Below are positions 33,601-44,745 of a DNA stretch of 64,000 nt, piece after piece. The DNA is from Dimorphilus gyrociliatus. Lineage: Eukaryota > Animalia > Annelida. The translations under genes were made by a program, and so were the position numbers. Every line of letters starts with the position of its first letter. The stretch's first letter is position 1. Location: contig CAJFCJ010000019.1 of the NCBI GenBank assembly GCA_904063045.1, forward strand, positions 3,044,684 through 3,108,683. The letters run 5' to 3'. The notes beneath the pieces were generated by a model. That model searched no databases, was not told the DNA's origin, and worked only from the letters and a program-made list of their open reading frames with translations.

Positions 33601-35284
33601 GTTTGTAAAGAAATCATGGGGAAACGACTTCAATATAATTGAAATCCCTTTTATATAGCTGTTGCTATTAGCAACCATTTCTATCGGCGCCCAATAAGAA
33701 AAAACCTAACTATAGACCAGTTGCGCATAATAATGACACTAGGATGATAAATACTCCGACTTCAGGCCTTTTAATAACGCTAGAGAAAGGCCAAAATAAA
33801 TTATTATGGGTGGTAAAAATGAAAGTAATTATATTATTCACGTATCGTGAATGAGTTTGAACAAATAAAAAAAACCAAGACAAACAGTATTTAAAATCGA
33901 TATCAATTTCGTTCGTTGGACACGGTAGTGAAGCTTAAAAGAAATACCTTGTTTAACATTGATTGGAAATAATCGATCGATTGGTAAGCTAAATCGGTTT
34001 AGATTCAACTGATGGTAAATTAAGAAAGGCACCTGCTCTTTTGTTCTTTTATCTTCTTTACCTCCCTTACTTGAGCGGCTGGTTTGTTGTATAAGTGTCT
34101 TTCCATTGCATAATCCCATCAGCGTTTGTTCAGTCCAGATTATTTGATTAAGCGTATATGTAATGGAATTCTTTCTATTGAGTTCAACTATCCGTTATAT
34201 TCTTAGTTAGATTAGCAGTGTAACTTTTCGATTATCAAATATTTTCAATTTCGGCAACTAATTTATCAACTTATATCATGAACAATATTTAATATGTACA
34301 CAAAGATAACGTTTACTCGTCAAGATCTTCAAACAACATTGTATTCAATCCTAAGAGTTGTTTAATAGCTTTATGTTCTTTAAATCACCATATATTCGTT
34401 TGATTAATATAACCTCACAAGTCTTTTATATTATTATGAATCCAATTTGCTTTGGGAAGTAAATGCTGTCTATATACGCCATCTTTCGTATATTATCAAC
34501 GTACTAAAAACTATTTGTTACAAGCTTACTTAACCAAGAAACGAATCCCTTGAAAGAAAATTTTCGGAAAGTCGTTTTCCAAGAAAACGATTAAGAGATA
34601 TTAAGACATGAAAAAGAGCTTCTGCAGTATTCATTTGGACCCCCAAAATCTCATTAATCTATCAACGCCGGCACTGACGTCATTCCACCGAATTACGCTA
34701 CTATGACGACTGAGAGAATCGTACCTGAGTACGATGCCGTCCTTTTGCGTACAATTTTATCGACATTCTATCTTTTCGACACGATTTATTGCTAGTACGA
34801 GTCAAATGTTAAGTAAATATTACATTTTGCTATCGCAAAATTGTACGAATTTGTTGCCGCAATTGTTGCATTTTGGTCACAAATCTCTAACGACTATATA
34901 AATCAATAAATAAATCTACGTAATGGGTATACCTTGAATACCTAGTGAATATAATGACAACAGAATCTTAAATGAGGCAGATTGTCCTCAAATTTCCTGT
35001 AGAAAATAGTATCTTATCTGGTTCCGAAATATACCTTATAATAACATAGAGCGTTTCTCAGCAAATAAGCGCCATCATACGGATTTAGAATGGTCATAAA
35101 AGAGTAGAGGAACATTTACCTTTTCTAACCTTTCAAAATACTCTTTCAAAAAAGTATACGGCTTCTCTGGGCGACCCAAACACAATTGTATGATACATTC
35201 TTTAAGAACGTTTTGAACTTGATGCTTTTTGACATAAACTTCAACTTCCTTAAGACTGTAGTCTTCTTCACTCTGCCCAGCCAT
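30603..35284 (-). CDS. PRKAR1A: cAMP-dependent protein kinase type I regulatory subunit
   Basis: D/D exon 35120-35284 ([33 protein letters not shown]), pseudosubstrate RRGAVSAE, two CNB domains ([16 protein letters not shown]; [16 protein letters not shown]) and a 3.1-kb first intron. Confidence 0.96.
33159..33293 (-). CDS. Candidate alternative first exon of PKA-RI ([10 protein letters not shown]...EAPDE)
   Basis: ATG, 45 codons, phase-0 donor GAG|gtgcgt, in frame with the shared acceptor at 31987. Confidence 0.7.
33661..33675. promoter_or_regulatory. RFX X-box-like palindrome GTTGCTATTAGCAAC
   Basis: Perfect inverted repeat GTTGCTA-T-TAGCAAC, about 370 bp upstream of the MGNR alternative exon. 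Confidence 0.55.
34033..34119 (-). CDS. Candidate alternative first exon of PKA-RI ([29 protein letters not shown])
   Basis: ATG, 29 codons, phase-0 donor CAG|gtgcct, in frame with the acceptor at 31987. Confidence 0.68.
34725..34766 (-). CDS. Candidate alternative first exon of PKA-RI ([14 protein letters not shown])
   Basis: ATG, 14 codons, phase-0 donor CAG|gtacga. Confidence 0.45.
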
Positions 35285-35568
35285 GACTGAATCTCCACTG
35301 AAAACTGACAAAAATATCACCAGTCTATTCTGAACTGGAAACCAGACTACTAAAGTATTTGGTTTGAAGCTTTCTCGTTGCTAATAAACGGCTTCAGCTT
35401 AATTATAAATCTTTTTGAGAAGTTATTACTTTTTTGAATATTTCTTAAATATATTTAAAATATAGTCTTTTGAAATCAGAAAATCATACAGAAATACTTT
35501 CTTTATTTGAAAGATTAGCCTATTTCCGTTGATAATTTTTATTTCAACTTATTAAAGTTGGAAAGACC

Positions 35569-38500
35569 ATGGCAGTGTATTTCGATCACAAGCTTCAAGA
35601 TGCTCCCATGGGCCATCATACTTTGATGGAATGGCACAAAACTTACCCGATCTTAGCTTTGGCTTCTGATACTCAACAAGCCAAAGGCTGTCTGACATTT
35701 TATAAAGAAGATGGAGAAAAACTAAGTAATGCAAATATTCAGAGAACCATTCCTCTAACAGCAACATCATGGCACCCTATTAAGAAAGTTCTGGCTGTTG
35801 GATGGGAAAATGGCACAGTCACAATTTATAGTTTAGAAGAGCAACCTCAAGTTATTAATGAAAATCCTCCAGTGCATTCTAGTACTATAAATTTTGTACA
35901 ATGGTCATCTAATGGGTCAAAATTAATATCAGCAGACGCCGTAAGTTATTTTATTTTGCCATAAGTTAACTCTACATGTCGAATAATTCAGACTGGAGAA
36001 GTTTGTGTTTGGAAAGCTGACTCCAGAGGCCGATTGCAGCATAATCCTATGCGAAAACAGCAATTGCATGAACCTATTTCACATTGCATTTTGAGACCTT
36101 CTGTATCAGTTGATGCCACCAAGTATGTTCAGCTACTTTACGTACTGTTATAAAAGTTAACTTCTAAAACATTCTTTTATCAGTAACATAGCCGCTCTTG
36201 CTCGGGCTGCTGTAAGCGGGGACGAGAAAGCTTTGGATATGTTCAATTGGAAACCGAAAGGCAAAGCTACCCCAAAAGTAAGCTCAAATATGCTGCCGAC
36301 AGGTGAAGCAACAACATTCTTTTTGGGAGGCGATCAAGGGGGTGTTTATTATGTAAATGAAGAGGCGGAAATTTCACAATCGTTTAGCACTGAAGGAGGA
36401 GTACGGAAGTTGATGTTTTACGAAGATAAAAGCATTCTGGTAACAATAACGACAAATTCTATGCTACTACAGCATAATGTTAATCCTGACGGCGAATGTC
36501 GGGAAGTAATAAAAGTAAAATTAAGTGGCAAATCAGATGACCCAGATTTCACTTGGGCAGGTAGTGGAATTTTAGCTACAGCAACAGGAGAATCTGTTAT
36601 AAGGTGCTTCTTAACTTTTATCTTGTGATATATTTATAAAATTATGTTTAATTAGGATGTGGGACATGGAACATGAGGAAAATTTTGTGCTCTCTTTAGA
36701 TGGAAATACTGCTTTTGAGCCTGGAGAGAAAATATTTTGCGTGGCATTCTGTGAATCAAAACAAATTTTGGCAGCTGGAACCGGTTCAGGCCACATAGCC
36801 TTGTTTAAACATAAACCAGTTCATTCTTCATCACAAATGAATAGAGTAGATCCCGAGACCTGTTGGCATCATCAATCACCCTGCTCTTTATCAGGATATA
36901 TCACAAAAATTCTTTGGGGTTCAAACAAACTCCTCTTAGCTGCCAATTTGCTAGAGTCAGTTTACATAATGAATGAGCAGATCCTTCAGGCTCATTGCAA
37001 TCAGCAGACAGCAGCTGTTCAAAGCGGTCCGATGAAGCTTTCGGTTGAATTTTTCAGTACAAAACGCTATCAAGAGTTAAATACTGATATCCAAATAACT
37101 GGAATATTTACAACAAAAGAGAATATTGCAATTTGGAATGGAAAAAAATTAGTTATTTATGAAATTTCCTCAGATTCAAATATATCAGCTGCAGGAACCT
37201 TTTCAACTGATAGTCCTATTGCTTGTCTCTTTGAACAAAATGTATATACGTTAGAAACGGGAAAAGTACAAGTACGAACTTATCAAGGAACGGTTAAACA
37301 ACTACTAAATTTCACAGAATCAGATGGAGATCCCACTTATATACAAATTTGCAACAATTATTTAGTAGCCGCCTCTGCTGTAGGAACCGTTAAAATTTAT
37401 GACTTATCGAGAAGGTAAGATAATTTTCCAATATGTTTAGCATAATTCTAATATAATTCTTTCCAGAGAAGCAAAACAGATCGCATCCAAGAATATTGCA
37501 GATATGATTGCAAATTTCGGTTGTATTCAGTCGGCAAAATGTAATTCTAATGCAAGCCAAATCAGTATCATAGTAAATAAAGCAACTGGCGCTCTTGTTG
37601 ACTCAAAGCTTTATGTCTATGACGTGGAATTAGACAAATTGACCTATTTTAACTTTGAAACTGGCAGATGTGAATCAGAAGATATACTAGAGGAAAATAA
37701 CGATGAATCAGAGGAGGAGATATCTGCTGTGGAGAGAGGGCGAAAAGAGGCTGCTAGAGATATAAGAGGACGCCTTCCAATTTCACATTACTGGGATAAC
37801 AACGAATCGAGATTATTAGTTTGCGAAGCAAAAATATCAGGGTCAACAGATAAAAAACAAAATGAACATACGCGTACAACAATTTCTCTTACTAAACCAA
37901 CGGTATCAGAAGTTGAAGAGATAATGGTTGTATCTTTGTTTGTTACACAAGATCATGGGGTTATTATTCAAGACAGTTTTCCTCTAGCCGGTGATTGCAG
38001 TTCACTATTTGGTATTGATGTACCTTATTTCTATTTTATAAAAAAGCAAAGCGATGCTAGACCAGCTACTAGGAAGGTAATGAGAGATTTTATTGGTTTA
38101 GAAGATGCCGATAAAGTTGCAAGGGATGCAATGATGAATTTCAGTTTCTATCTGACACTGGGAAATATGGATGAGGCTTTTAAAGCTATAAAACTTATAA
38201 AAAGTGAAACTGTATGGGAAAATATGGCAAAAATGTGTGTTAAAACAAGACGACTGGATGTGGCTGCCGTTTGTCTTGGTAACATGAATCATGCTAGGGC
38301 TGCTAGAATGCTTAGAAAAGCTGGAGGACACGGAGAATTAGATGCTAGAGTCGCTATGTTAGCTAATCAGTTAGGTTTAACTGATGAAGCAGAACGCCTA
38401 TTGCGAAATTGCAAGAGATATGATCTTTTAAATGAGATGTATCAAGCCAATGGTCAATGGCATAAAGCTATTGAAACGGCCGAGACTTGCGATAGAATGC

Positions 38501-40241
38501 ATGCAAGATCAACTTATTTCAACTACGCGAAACATCTAGAGTCAAAAGAGAATATTGATGCAGCCATAGGCAATTACGAACGATCAGACACGCATCGTTT
38601 TCAAGTTCCAAGAATGCTCTTTGATGATCCGAGACAGCTTGAAACCTATATAATGAAGCGCAAAGATCGAACATTACGGAAATGGTGGGCACAGTATATG
38701 GAATCAACAGGGGAGATGCAAACAGCTTTAGAATTTTATGAAGCTGCCGGAGATGTTTTATCTTTAGTAAGAGTTTCATGCTATTGCGGTGATTTAAAGA
38801 AAGCCGCTGAAATATGTCAGCAAACAGGCGATAAGGCTGCGTGTTTTCATCTTGGTAGACAATATGAGATGAATGAGGAAATAAAAGAAGCAATACACTG
38901 GTTTGGCAGAGCAAGAGCTTTTGGTAATGCCATTCGTTTATGTCGTGAAGCAGGTATGGAAGATCAGTTAATGAACTTGGCGCTTATGGCGAAGCCTCAC
39001 GATCAAATAGAAGCAGCTAGATATTATGAACAACAACCTAACGGGGCGGAGAAAGCTGTAATGCTCTATCACAAAGCTGGACACGTAAGCAAGGCACTTG
39101 ATCTGGCCTTCAACACAAAACAATTTGCTGCTCTTCACATGATATCTGAACAGTTAGAAGATTGTAGTGATCCCCATGTTCTTCAGCGATGTGCTGACTT
39201 TTTCCTTGAAAATGAACAGTACGATCGGGCTGTGGACCTCTTGGCGTCAGCTAAAGACTACAAGAAAGCTATTAGGTTGGTTCGTGAACAGCATGTGCCA
39301 GTTAATGAAGAATTAGTTGAAAGACTCACTCCTCCAAAACCGGAGACGGCCGATAGCGAATGGAATAGGTCACTTGAAGATGTAGCCGATATTTGCATGC
39401 AACAGAGACTTTACCATATAGCTACGAAAAAATTTACACAAGCAGGAAATCGTGTTAAAGCTATGAAAGCATTACTTAAATCTGGAGATACATCTAAAAT
39501 TATTTTCTTTGCAAATGTGTCAAAGCAAAAAGAAATTTACATAATGGCCGCAAATTATTTACAGTCTCTGGACTGGAGGCGTGACGCCGAGATTATGAAA
39601 AATATAATAACTTTTTACACAAAGGGCCGTGCACTTGATTCACTTGCCTCTTTTTACGATGCCTGCGCTCAGGTTGAAATGGATGAGTATCAAAATTATG
39701 ACAAAGCTCTTGGAGCATTAGCTGAATCTTATAAATGTCTGGTAAAAGCATCTGAAAAAGGCGAAGGAATGCTTGAAGATCGTTTGTCAGACACTAAGCA
39801 ACGTCTCACTATAGTTAAAAAATTTGTAACCGCAAGAAACTCATACGAAGAAGATGCTGATTCTTCTATTAAAACCTGTCAGAGTATTTTGGAAGAACCT
39901 AGGGTTCAGGAAGCTGTAAGAATCGGAGATGTGTTTGCTTTTATGGTTGAACATTTTGCAAGAAGAGAAAAATGGAAAGCGGTTAGTGACAAATATTTTT
40001 GTAATAATATTAGAATTATCTTTTTCAGGCGTATTCATGCGTTGAGGAATTTCTCTCTCGTGAACGGAAAGCTAAATTAAACTTTTATATTCAACCCAAG
40101 CTACTAGAAGCTGTTTGTAAAGCAGTTGGAAAGCCTGTGCCAAGGACGGAAGCATCCCACGCTCAAGTTTCCAGCGAAGCTGTTGACGATGGCGAAGAAA
40201 TTGCTGACGAAGTGGAAGAAGATGTACCCTCTTTTCTCTAA
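35569..40241 (+). CDS. IFT140: Intraflagellar transport protein 140 (IFT-A)
   Basis: MAVYFDHKL, WD40 repeats, then TPR region FYLTLGNMDEAFKAIKLIKSETVWENMAKMCVKTRRLDVAAVCLGNM...YIMAANYLQSLDWR. Confidence 0.97.
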
Positions 40242-40433
40242 TAGTCAAATAATATTATCAATTCTTATGAAATTATCAATCCGTCCTCACAGAATATAAC
40301 ATTCAAATTTTCCCGCCTTTTAAAAACTGTTAAAGGTTTAATATTTTGCCAATAAAGTTAAATCACCAGAAATCAGTTTACAATTATGAACTGAGCACAT
40401 TTCAGTCTCCATGAGATTACAAGTGAATATAGA

Positions 40434-42620
40434 ATGCTTAACATTCTGACTTTTCTTTTCTTTCTACAAATTAGCTCTAGAGTGATTCAAGGCTCATTAG
40501 GTTCACGAAAGCTAAGTGATGAGTTTGAACATGGTCTGAGCAGGAAGAACGTAAGAAGTCTGTCGTTTGTGGTTAAATTTAAAAAGAACTCTCGATTAGA
40601 TAGGAGAACTAGAGTCAACGATATATTAAGGGATTGTGATTTAAGCGAAGCTGATCCCATAAGAAAAGATATATGGATTCTCAAACACAAACTACATCAT
40701 GAATCTCACAAAAAAAAATTCATCATTGATGAAGAACAGGATGACGAACGTCTGTTGGCTTCAGAACGGGACTATGCTGAACGTGTATTAAAGATCGATA
40801 AGTCACAGCTGAACAGTATGGCGTCTACCATTGTAAGTTGTTTACATAGAAATGAGGACTTGGAATGGTTTCGTCAAGAAATAATACGTAAGAGAACGAA
40901 ACGACAGATTAATTTCCAAGATCCTAAATTTCAAGAACAATGGCATCTGATGAATGAAGAGAATCGGGGCATGGATATCAATGTAACAGGAGTCTGGAAT
41001 AGAAATTTCACAGGACGAGGTGTGACTGTTGCCGTTGTTGATGACGGTTTAGAATGGAGAAATAAGGATTTAATAGATAACTATAATCCATCATCCAGCT
41101 ATGACCTAAATTCAAACGATAATGATCCAACTCCTCGTTTGCGAAAATCTGCTCAGTCAAAAGCAAGATCATCATTTAACCATCATGGTACAAGATGTGC
41201 TGGGGAAATAGCTGCTGTGCCAAATAATTTTTGTGGAGTTGGGGTTGCATTCAATGCAAAGATTGCTGGAATTCGTTTATTAGATGGACCGTTAACTGAC
41301 GCTCTTGAAGCCAAGGCATTTTCATTCGAAACTCGACAAAATGATATTTTCAGTTGCAGTTGGGGACCAGAGGATGACGGGGCAACTGTAGACGGGCCGC
41401 ACAAATTGGCAAGCCTTGCATTAGCAGAAGGGGTGTTGTTGGGGAGGGGAGGTCGTGGATCAATCTATGTTGTTGCATCTGGAAATGGGGGCTTTAAAGG
41501 AGATAATTGTAATTATGATGGATATGCGAATTCTCCTTATACTATAACTATAGGAGCTGTCACGGAATATGGAAAAATGCCATTTTACGCTGAGCAATGC
41601 GCTAGTATGTTAGCTGTAACTTTTAGTAGTGGTTCCATGTCTGATAGAGCTATTGTAACTACTGATTGGACTTTAGGCGATGCAAATGGATGTACAGCAT
41701 CTCATACTGGAACAAGTGCTGCAGCACCTATAGCTGCTGGCATTATAGCTTTAATCTTATCTGCCAATCCTTGTTTGTCATGGAGAGATGTTCAATATTT
41801 AATAGTTCTCACTGCTAAACAAGTTGACCCTGAGAATGCTCAATATAAAAAAAATAAAGCAGGCTTACAGCATAGTTATAAACACGGGTTTGGTTTACTT
41901 GATGCTTGGCGACTAGTAAATGCCGCTAGAATTTGGCAGAGTTTACCATGGCAGGCTGTTTTTGTGTCAAAAGAGATGAAAGTAAACTCAAGAATTCCAG
42001 GGAATGGAAAAGCCTTAAAACTTGAATATCACACACCACCTGATTTTGATGATTATTTGCTCAATGTTCTAGAATATGCCTTAGTTTCAATTACTTTAAC
42101 GCATGAATGTCGAGGTGAAGTAGAAATTATCCTATTGTGTCCAAGCGGGACAAAATCAGTCATTGGAGCTCGACGCAAGTTAGATAATTCAACAGCTGGC
42201 TTAAAAGATTGGCAATTTTCAACAGTAAGATGTTGGGGAGAACCTGGTAGAGGCAAGTGGACTCTTTTGGTAAAAGATCACGGAAAAATATACAGAAAAA
42301 GAAGCAGAGGTAAACTGGTTAGTTGGCAACTAAAATTAACCGGGACATCTTTGAAGTCCTCCGACCTTAAGCACAGGCAGGAATTAATAAAAGGATCATA
42401 TAGTGGAATATATCTAAATTCAACTTTCTTACCTCCGTGTTCTCCCCCAAATTCCAAAATTATTAATAGTAGCACATTTATATCGAAAAAAGTTTTAAAA
42501 ATACTTTTATTGTTTGGTTGTGCTGCATTAATTTCCACTATTTGGGAGTTACTTGAGAATCTCTGCTCTTCCGACACCGAAATTGCCGATGAGGAAAAAA
42601 ATCTATTGAATACGGATTAA
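40434..42620 (+). CDS. PCSK7: Proprotein convertase PC7-like (subtilisin/kexin)
   Basis: KRTKR| prodomain cleavage site, VVDDG (Asp), HGTRCAGE (His), ASGNGG (Asn), HTGTSAAAP (Ser), P domain and C-terminal TM. Intronless. Confidence 0.92.
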   Translation: MLNILTFLFFLQISSRVIQGSLGSRKLSDEFEHGLSRKNVRSLSFVVKFKKNSRLDRRTRVNDILRDCDLSEADPIRKDIWILKHKLHHESHKKKFIIDEEQDDERLLASERDYAERVLKIDKSQLNSMASTIVSCLHRNEDLEWFRQEIIRKRTKRQINFQDPKFQEQWHLMNEENRGMDINVTGVWNRNFTGRGVTVAVVDDGLEWRNKDLIDNYNPSSSYDLNSNDNDPTPRLRKSAQSKARSSFNHHGTRCAGEIAAVPNNFCGVGVAFNAKIAGIRLLDGPLTDALEAKAFSFETRQNDIFSCSWGPEDDGATVDGPHKLASLALAEGVLLGRGGRGSIYVVASGNGGFKGDNCNYDGYANSPYTITIGAVTEYGKMPFYAEQCASMLAVTFSSGSMSDRAIVTTDWTLGDANGCTASHTGTSAAAPIAAGIIALILSANPCLSWRDVQYLIVLTAKQVDPENAQYKKNKAGLQHSYKHGFGLLDAWRLVNAARIWQSLPWQAVFVSKEMKVNSRIPGNGKALKLEYHTPPDFDDYLLNVLEYALVSITLTHECRGEVEIILLCPSGTKSVIGARRKLDNSTAGLKDWQFSTVRCWGEPGRGKWTLLVKDHGKIYRKRSRGKLVSWQLKLTGTSLKSSDLKHRQELIKGSYSGIYLNSTFLPPCSPPNSKIINSSTFISKKVLKILLLFGCAALISTIWELLENLCSSDTEIADEEKNLLNTD

Positions 42621-42702
42621 CCATTTTTAACTTGATATTTTGCGCAACTCGTAAAATCTTTCGTACAATAAGTGCTATATTGAAAACTGGTAATTAGTCA
42701 CA

Positions 42703-44505
42703 ATGTACTTAAAGCGCCTTTTATTAATTTTTGCCTTAATATCTGTGATAATATTGATCTTACAATTTTTATACGTATACATGAATATACGAATTGAAAT
42801 TTCGGTAGGTAATGCTAACATAGAGACTACTCAATTAAATAAATCATTTAGTGATGTGACAACTGCAAAACCGTCGCCTATCCTAAGATCTGTCACGACA
42901 CAGCTTGTGGCATCTTCAATCAATGCATGGGGGCAAACAACCGATGGATTAATTTTACATGCTGACATAGATGAAAACAGTTTATCATCGCTGAAGATAC
43001 ATTCAGACAAGTCCATAGCTATCGGCATGGGAATAACCAGTAAGAAACTACCAACATATTCAATTGACGCAACTCTGAGAGCAATTCCATTCCTAAAATT
43101 ACTGATTCCATCATTCTGCAATACAATGACACCTAAAAAGTTTATCTATCATTTTTATTTAGCATATGATAAAAATGATCCCTTCTTCACAGACGATCAT
43201 AAACGGAAGGCGTTTCGTGCTCGCTTTACACATATGATATTATCAAACTGCCCTCGAGGGCATGATGTTTATCTAAATATGTATCAATGTTCTCATAATG
43301 GAAAACCAGCCTGGGCCCAGAATGACGCCATGATTCAAGCATACTTAGACAATGTATTATACTTTTATAGGATAAATGATGATAGTGTGATGATTACTAG
43401 CGACTGGACAGAAAAATTAATTTCAAGATTAGAAAGTTATGACCCTATAATGGTTGGTGTTACGGCCCCAAGACACACAGGAGGAGCAGAAACCATCCTT
43501 ACCTACGATTTTGTACACAAGACGCATATTGACATTTGGGGAATTTATTACAATCGTATTTTCCCTGATTGGTTTGGGGATGATTGGATTACCAAAATAT
43601 ATCGTCCAGGTAGATCAACTCAAGTAGCTGACGTTAAATTAATCCATAAAACAACTGCATCTGGAACCCGATACAATCCAACTATTTCCTTAAACAAGAT
43701 TCTAGCGACAACGATAAGAAATGACATAGAAATGACCCTTAAAACATACCTAAAAGCAAGAATTAATCCACAATTCGATAAACTATCCAAGGATTCAAAG
43801 CGCACAATTTCCTATTCAATGTGGAAAGACGAACCAGCCATATTGCACGGTATATTAAGAAATATTCAATTGTTACCAGTAATCTATCCTGAATGGTCGA
43901 TATCTGTTTATGTTCCACCAAATGGAATGCAAAGTTCATTAATGAAAAGATTTATTGCGAGAATGGTAATAGAGAATGGAGTAAATATTATTGAAGTATC
44001 CGACAAAGCTAGTAAATCAATTCTTCCTGAACTTTGGAACTTATTGGTTATTGATAATACGAACATTGATTCTTTTTTGATACGCAGCCCATATCACAGG
44101 CTAAGTGAACGCGAACGATCTGCCGTGGAGGCATTTTTTAGCAGTAATAATGATTTTCATTGTTTACGCGACCATCCAAATCATACTATACAAGCATTAA
44201 ATTATGGGCTATTTGGGGGGAGAGTTTTAAAAACTCAAGAAATTATTGGTAAATCAATGTCAAGTTTCCTGGATAATAATTTCAATCTGAATTCAGTTCT
44301 TGATAATCTATGGCAGGCTATAAAAGGTCACAATATACTCTGTCACGATAGTTTTTCATGTAATAAATTCCAAAAATCTATTAACTTTCCTTCTCAAAGG
44401 GTTCACCATGAACACGTTGGACAAAATTACAATATGCATCAGCAAGCTTTACCTCAGGACGCTGCTACTTTGCATTCTATGCCAGAAATTCAGTGTTCAG
44501 AATAA
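42703..44505 (+). CDS. Type II membrane protein with two tandem GT-A-like (putative glycosyltransferase) domains
   Basis: N-terminal signal anchor and Thr/Ser-rich stem. Domain 1: YLAYDKND...YRINDD...TYDFVHKTH...DWFGDDW. Domain 2: TISYSMWK...IYPEW...RLSERE...HCLRDHPNH...GLFGG. Intronless. Confidence 0.75.
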   Translation: MYLKRLLLIFALISVIILILQFLYVYMNIRIEISVGNANIETTQLNKSFSDVTTAKPSPILRSVTTQLVASSINAWGQTTDGLILHADIDENSLSSLKIHSDKSIAIGMGITSKKLPTYSIDATLRAIPFLKLLIPSFCNTMTPKKFIYHFYLAYDKNDPFFTDDHKRKAFRARFTHMILSNCPRGHDVYLNMYQCSHNGKPAWAQNDAMIQAYLDNVLYFYRINDDSVMITSDWTEKLISRLESYDPIMVGVTAPRHTGGAETILTYDFVHKTHIDIWGIYYNRIFPDWFGDDWITKIYRPGRSTQVADVKLIHKTTASGTRYNPTISLNKILATTIRNDIEMTLKTYLKARINPQFDKLSKDSKRTISYSMWKDEPAILHGILRNIQLLPVIYPEWSISVYVPPNGMQSSLMKRFIARMVIENGVNIIEVSDKASKSILPELWNLLVIDNTNIDSFLIRSPYHRLSERERSAVEAFFSSNNDFHCLRDHPNHTIQALNYGLFGGRVLKTQEIIGKSMSSFLDNNFNLNSVLDNLWQAIKGHNILCHDSFSCNKFQKSINFPSQRVHHEHVGQNYNMHQQALPQDAATLHSMPEIQCSE

Positions 44506-44745
44506 ATTGTTTCTATTAGTAAAAGATATTCTGTTCAATAGTCTGCTCAATAGAAAGAAAGTATTTTTATAGGGCACATATCACAATGATGTAATACAAT
44601 TGTTTTTAAATTTAAGCATTTTTTTAAGACTGATTAAAAAATTTTCTCAGTCGGTTTTTATTAAAACAAGTTATGCTATTTAGCAAACTTTCCATAAACA
44701 AGTTTAATTATAATTTGTTGGCTTCTAAATTTATTGTCAATAAAA

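Noticed and set aside
34325-34340. Possible fourth PKA-RI alternative exon MLFEDLD(E) on the minus strand, about 34317-34339
   Set aside because: The donor would be phase 2, or the frame stops at once, so it is incompatible with the phase-0 acceptor.
34988-34996. Strong acceptor (ctattttctacag) that would give a D/D-only peptide ending EI-stop
   Set aside because: Only a splice-site-like string supports it; it is equally explained as a 5' UTR exon of a downstream promoter or as chance.
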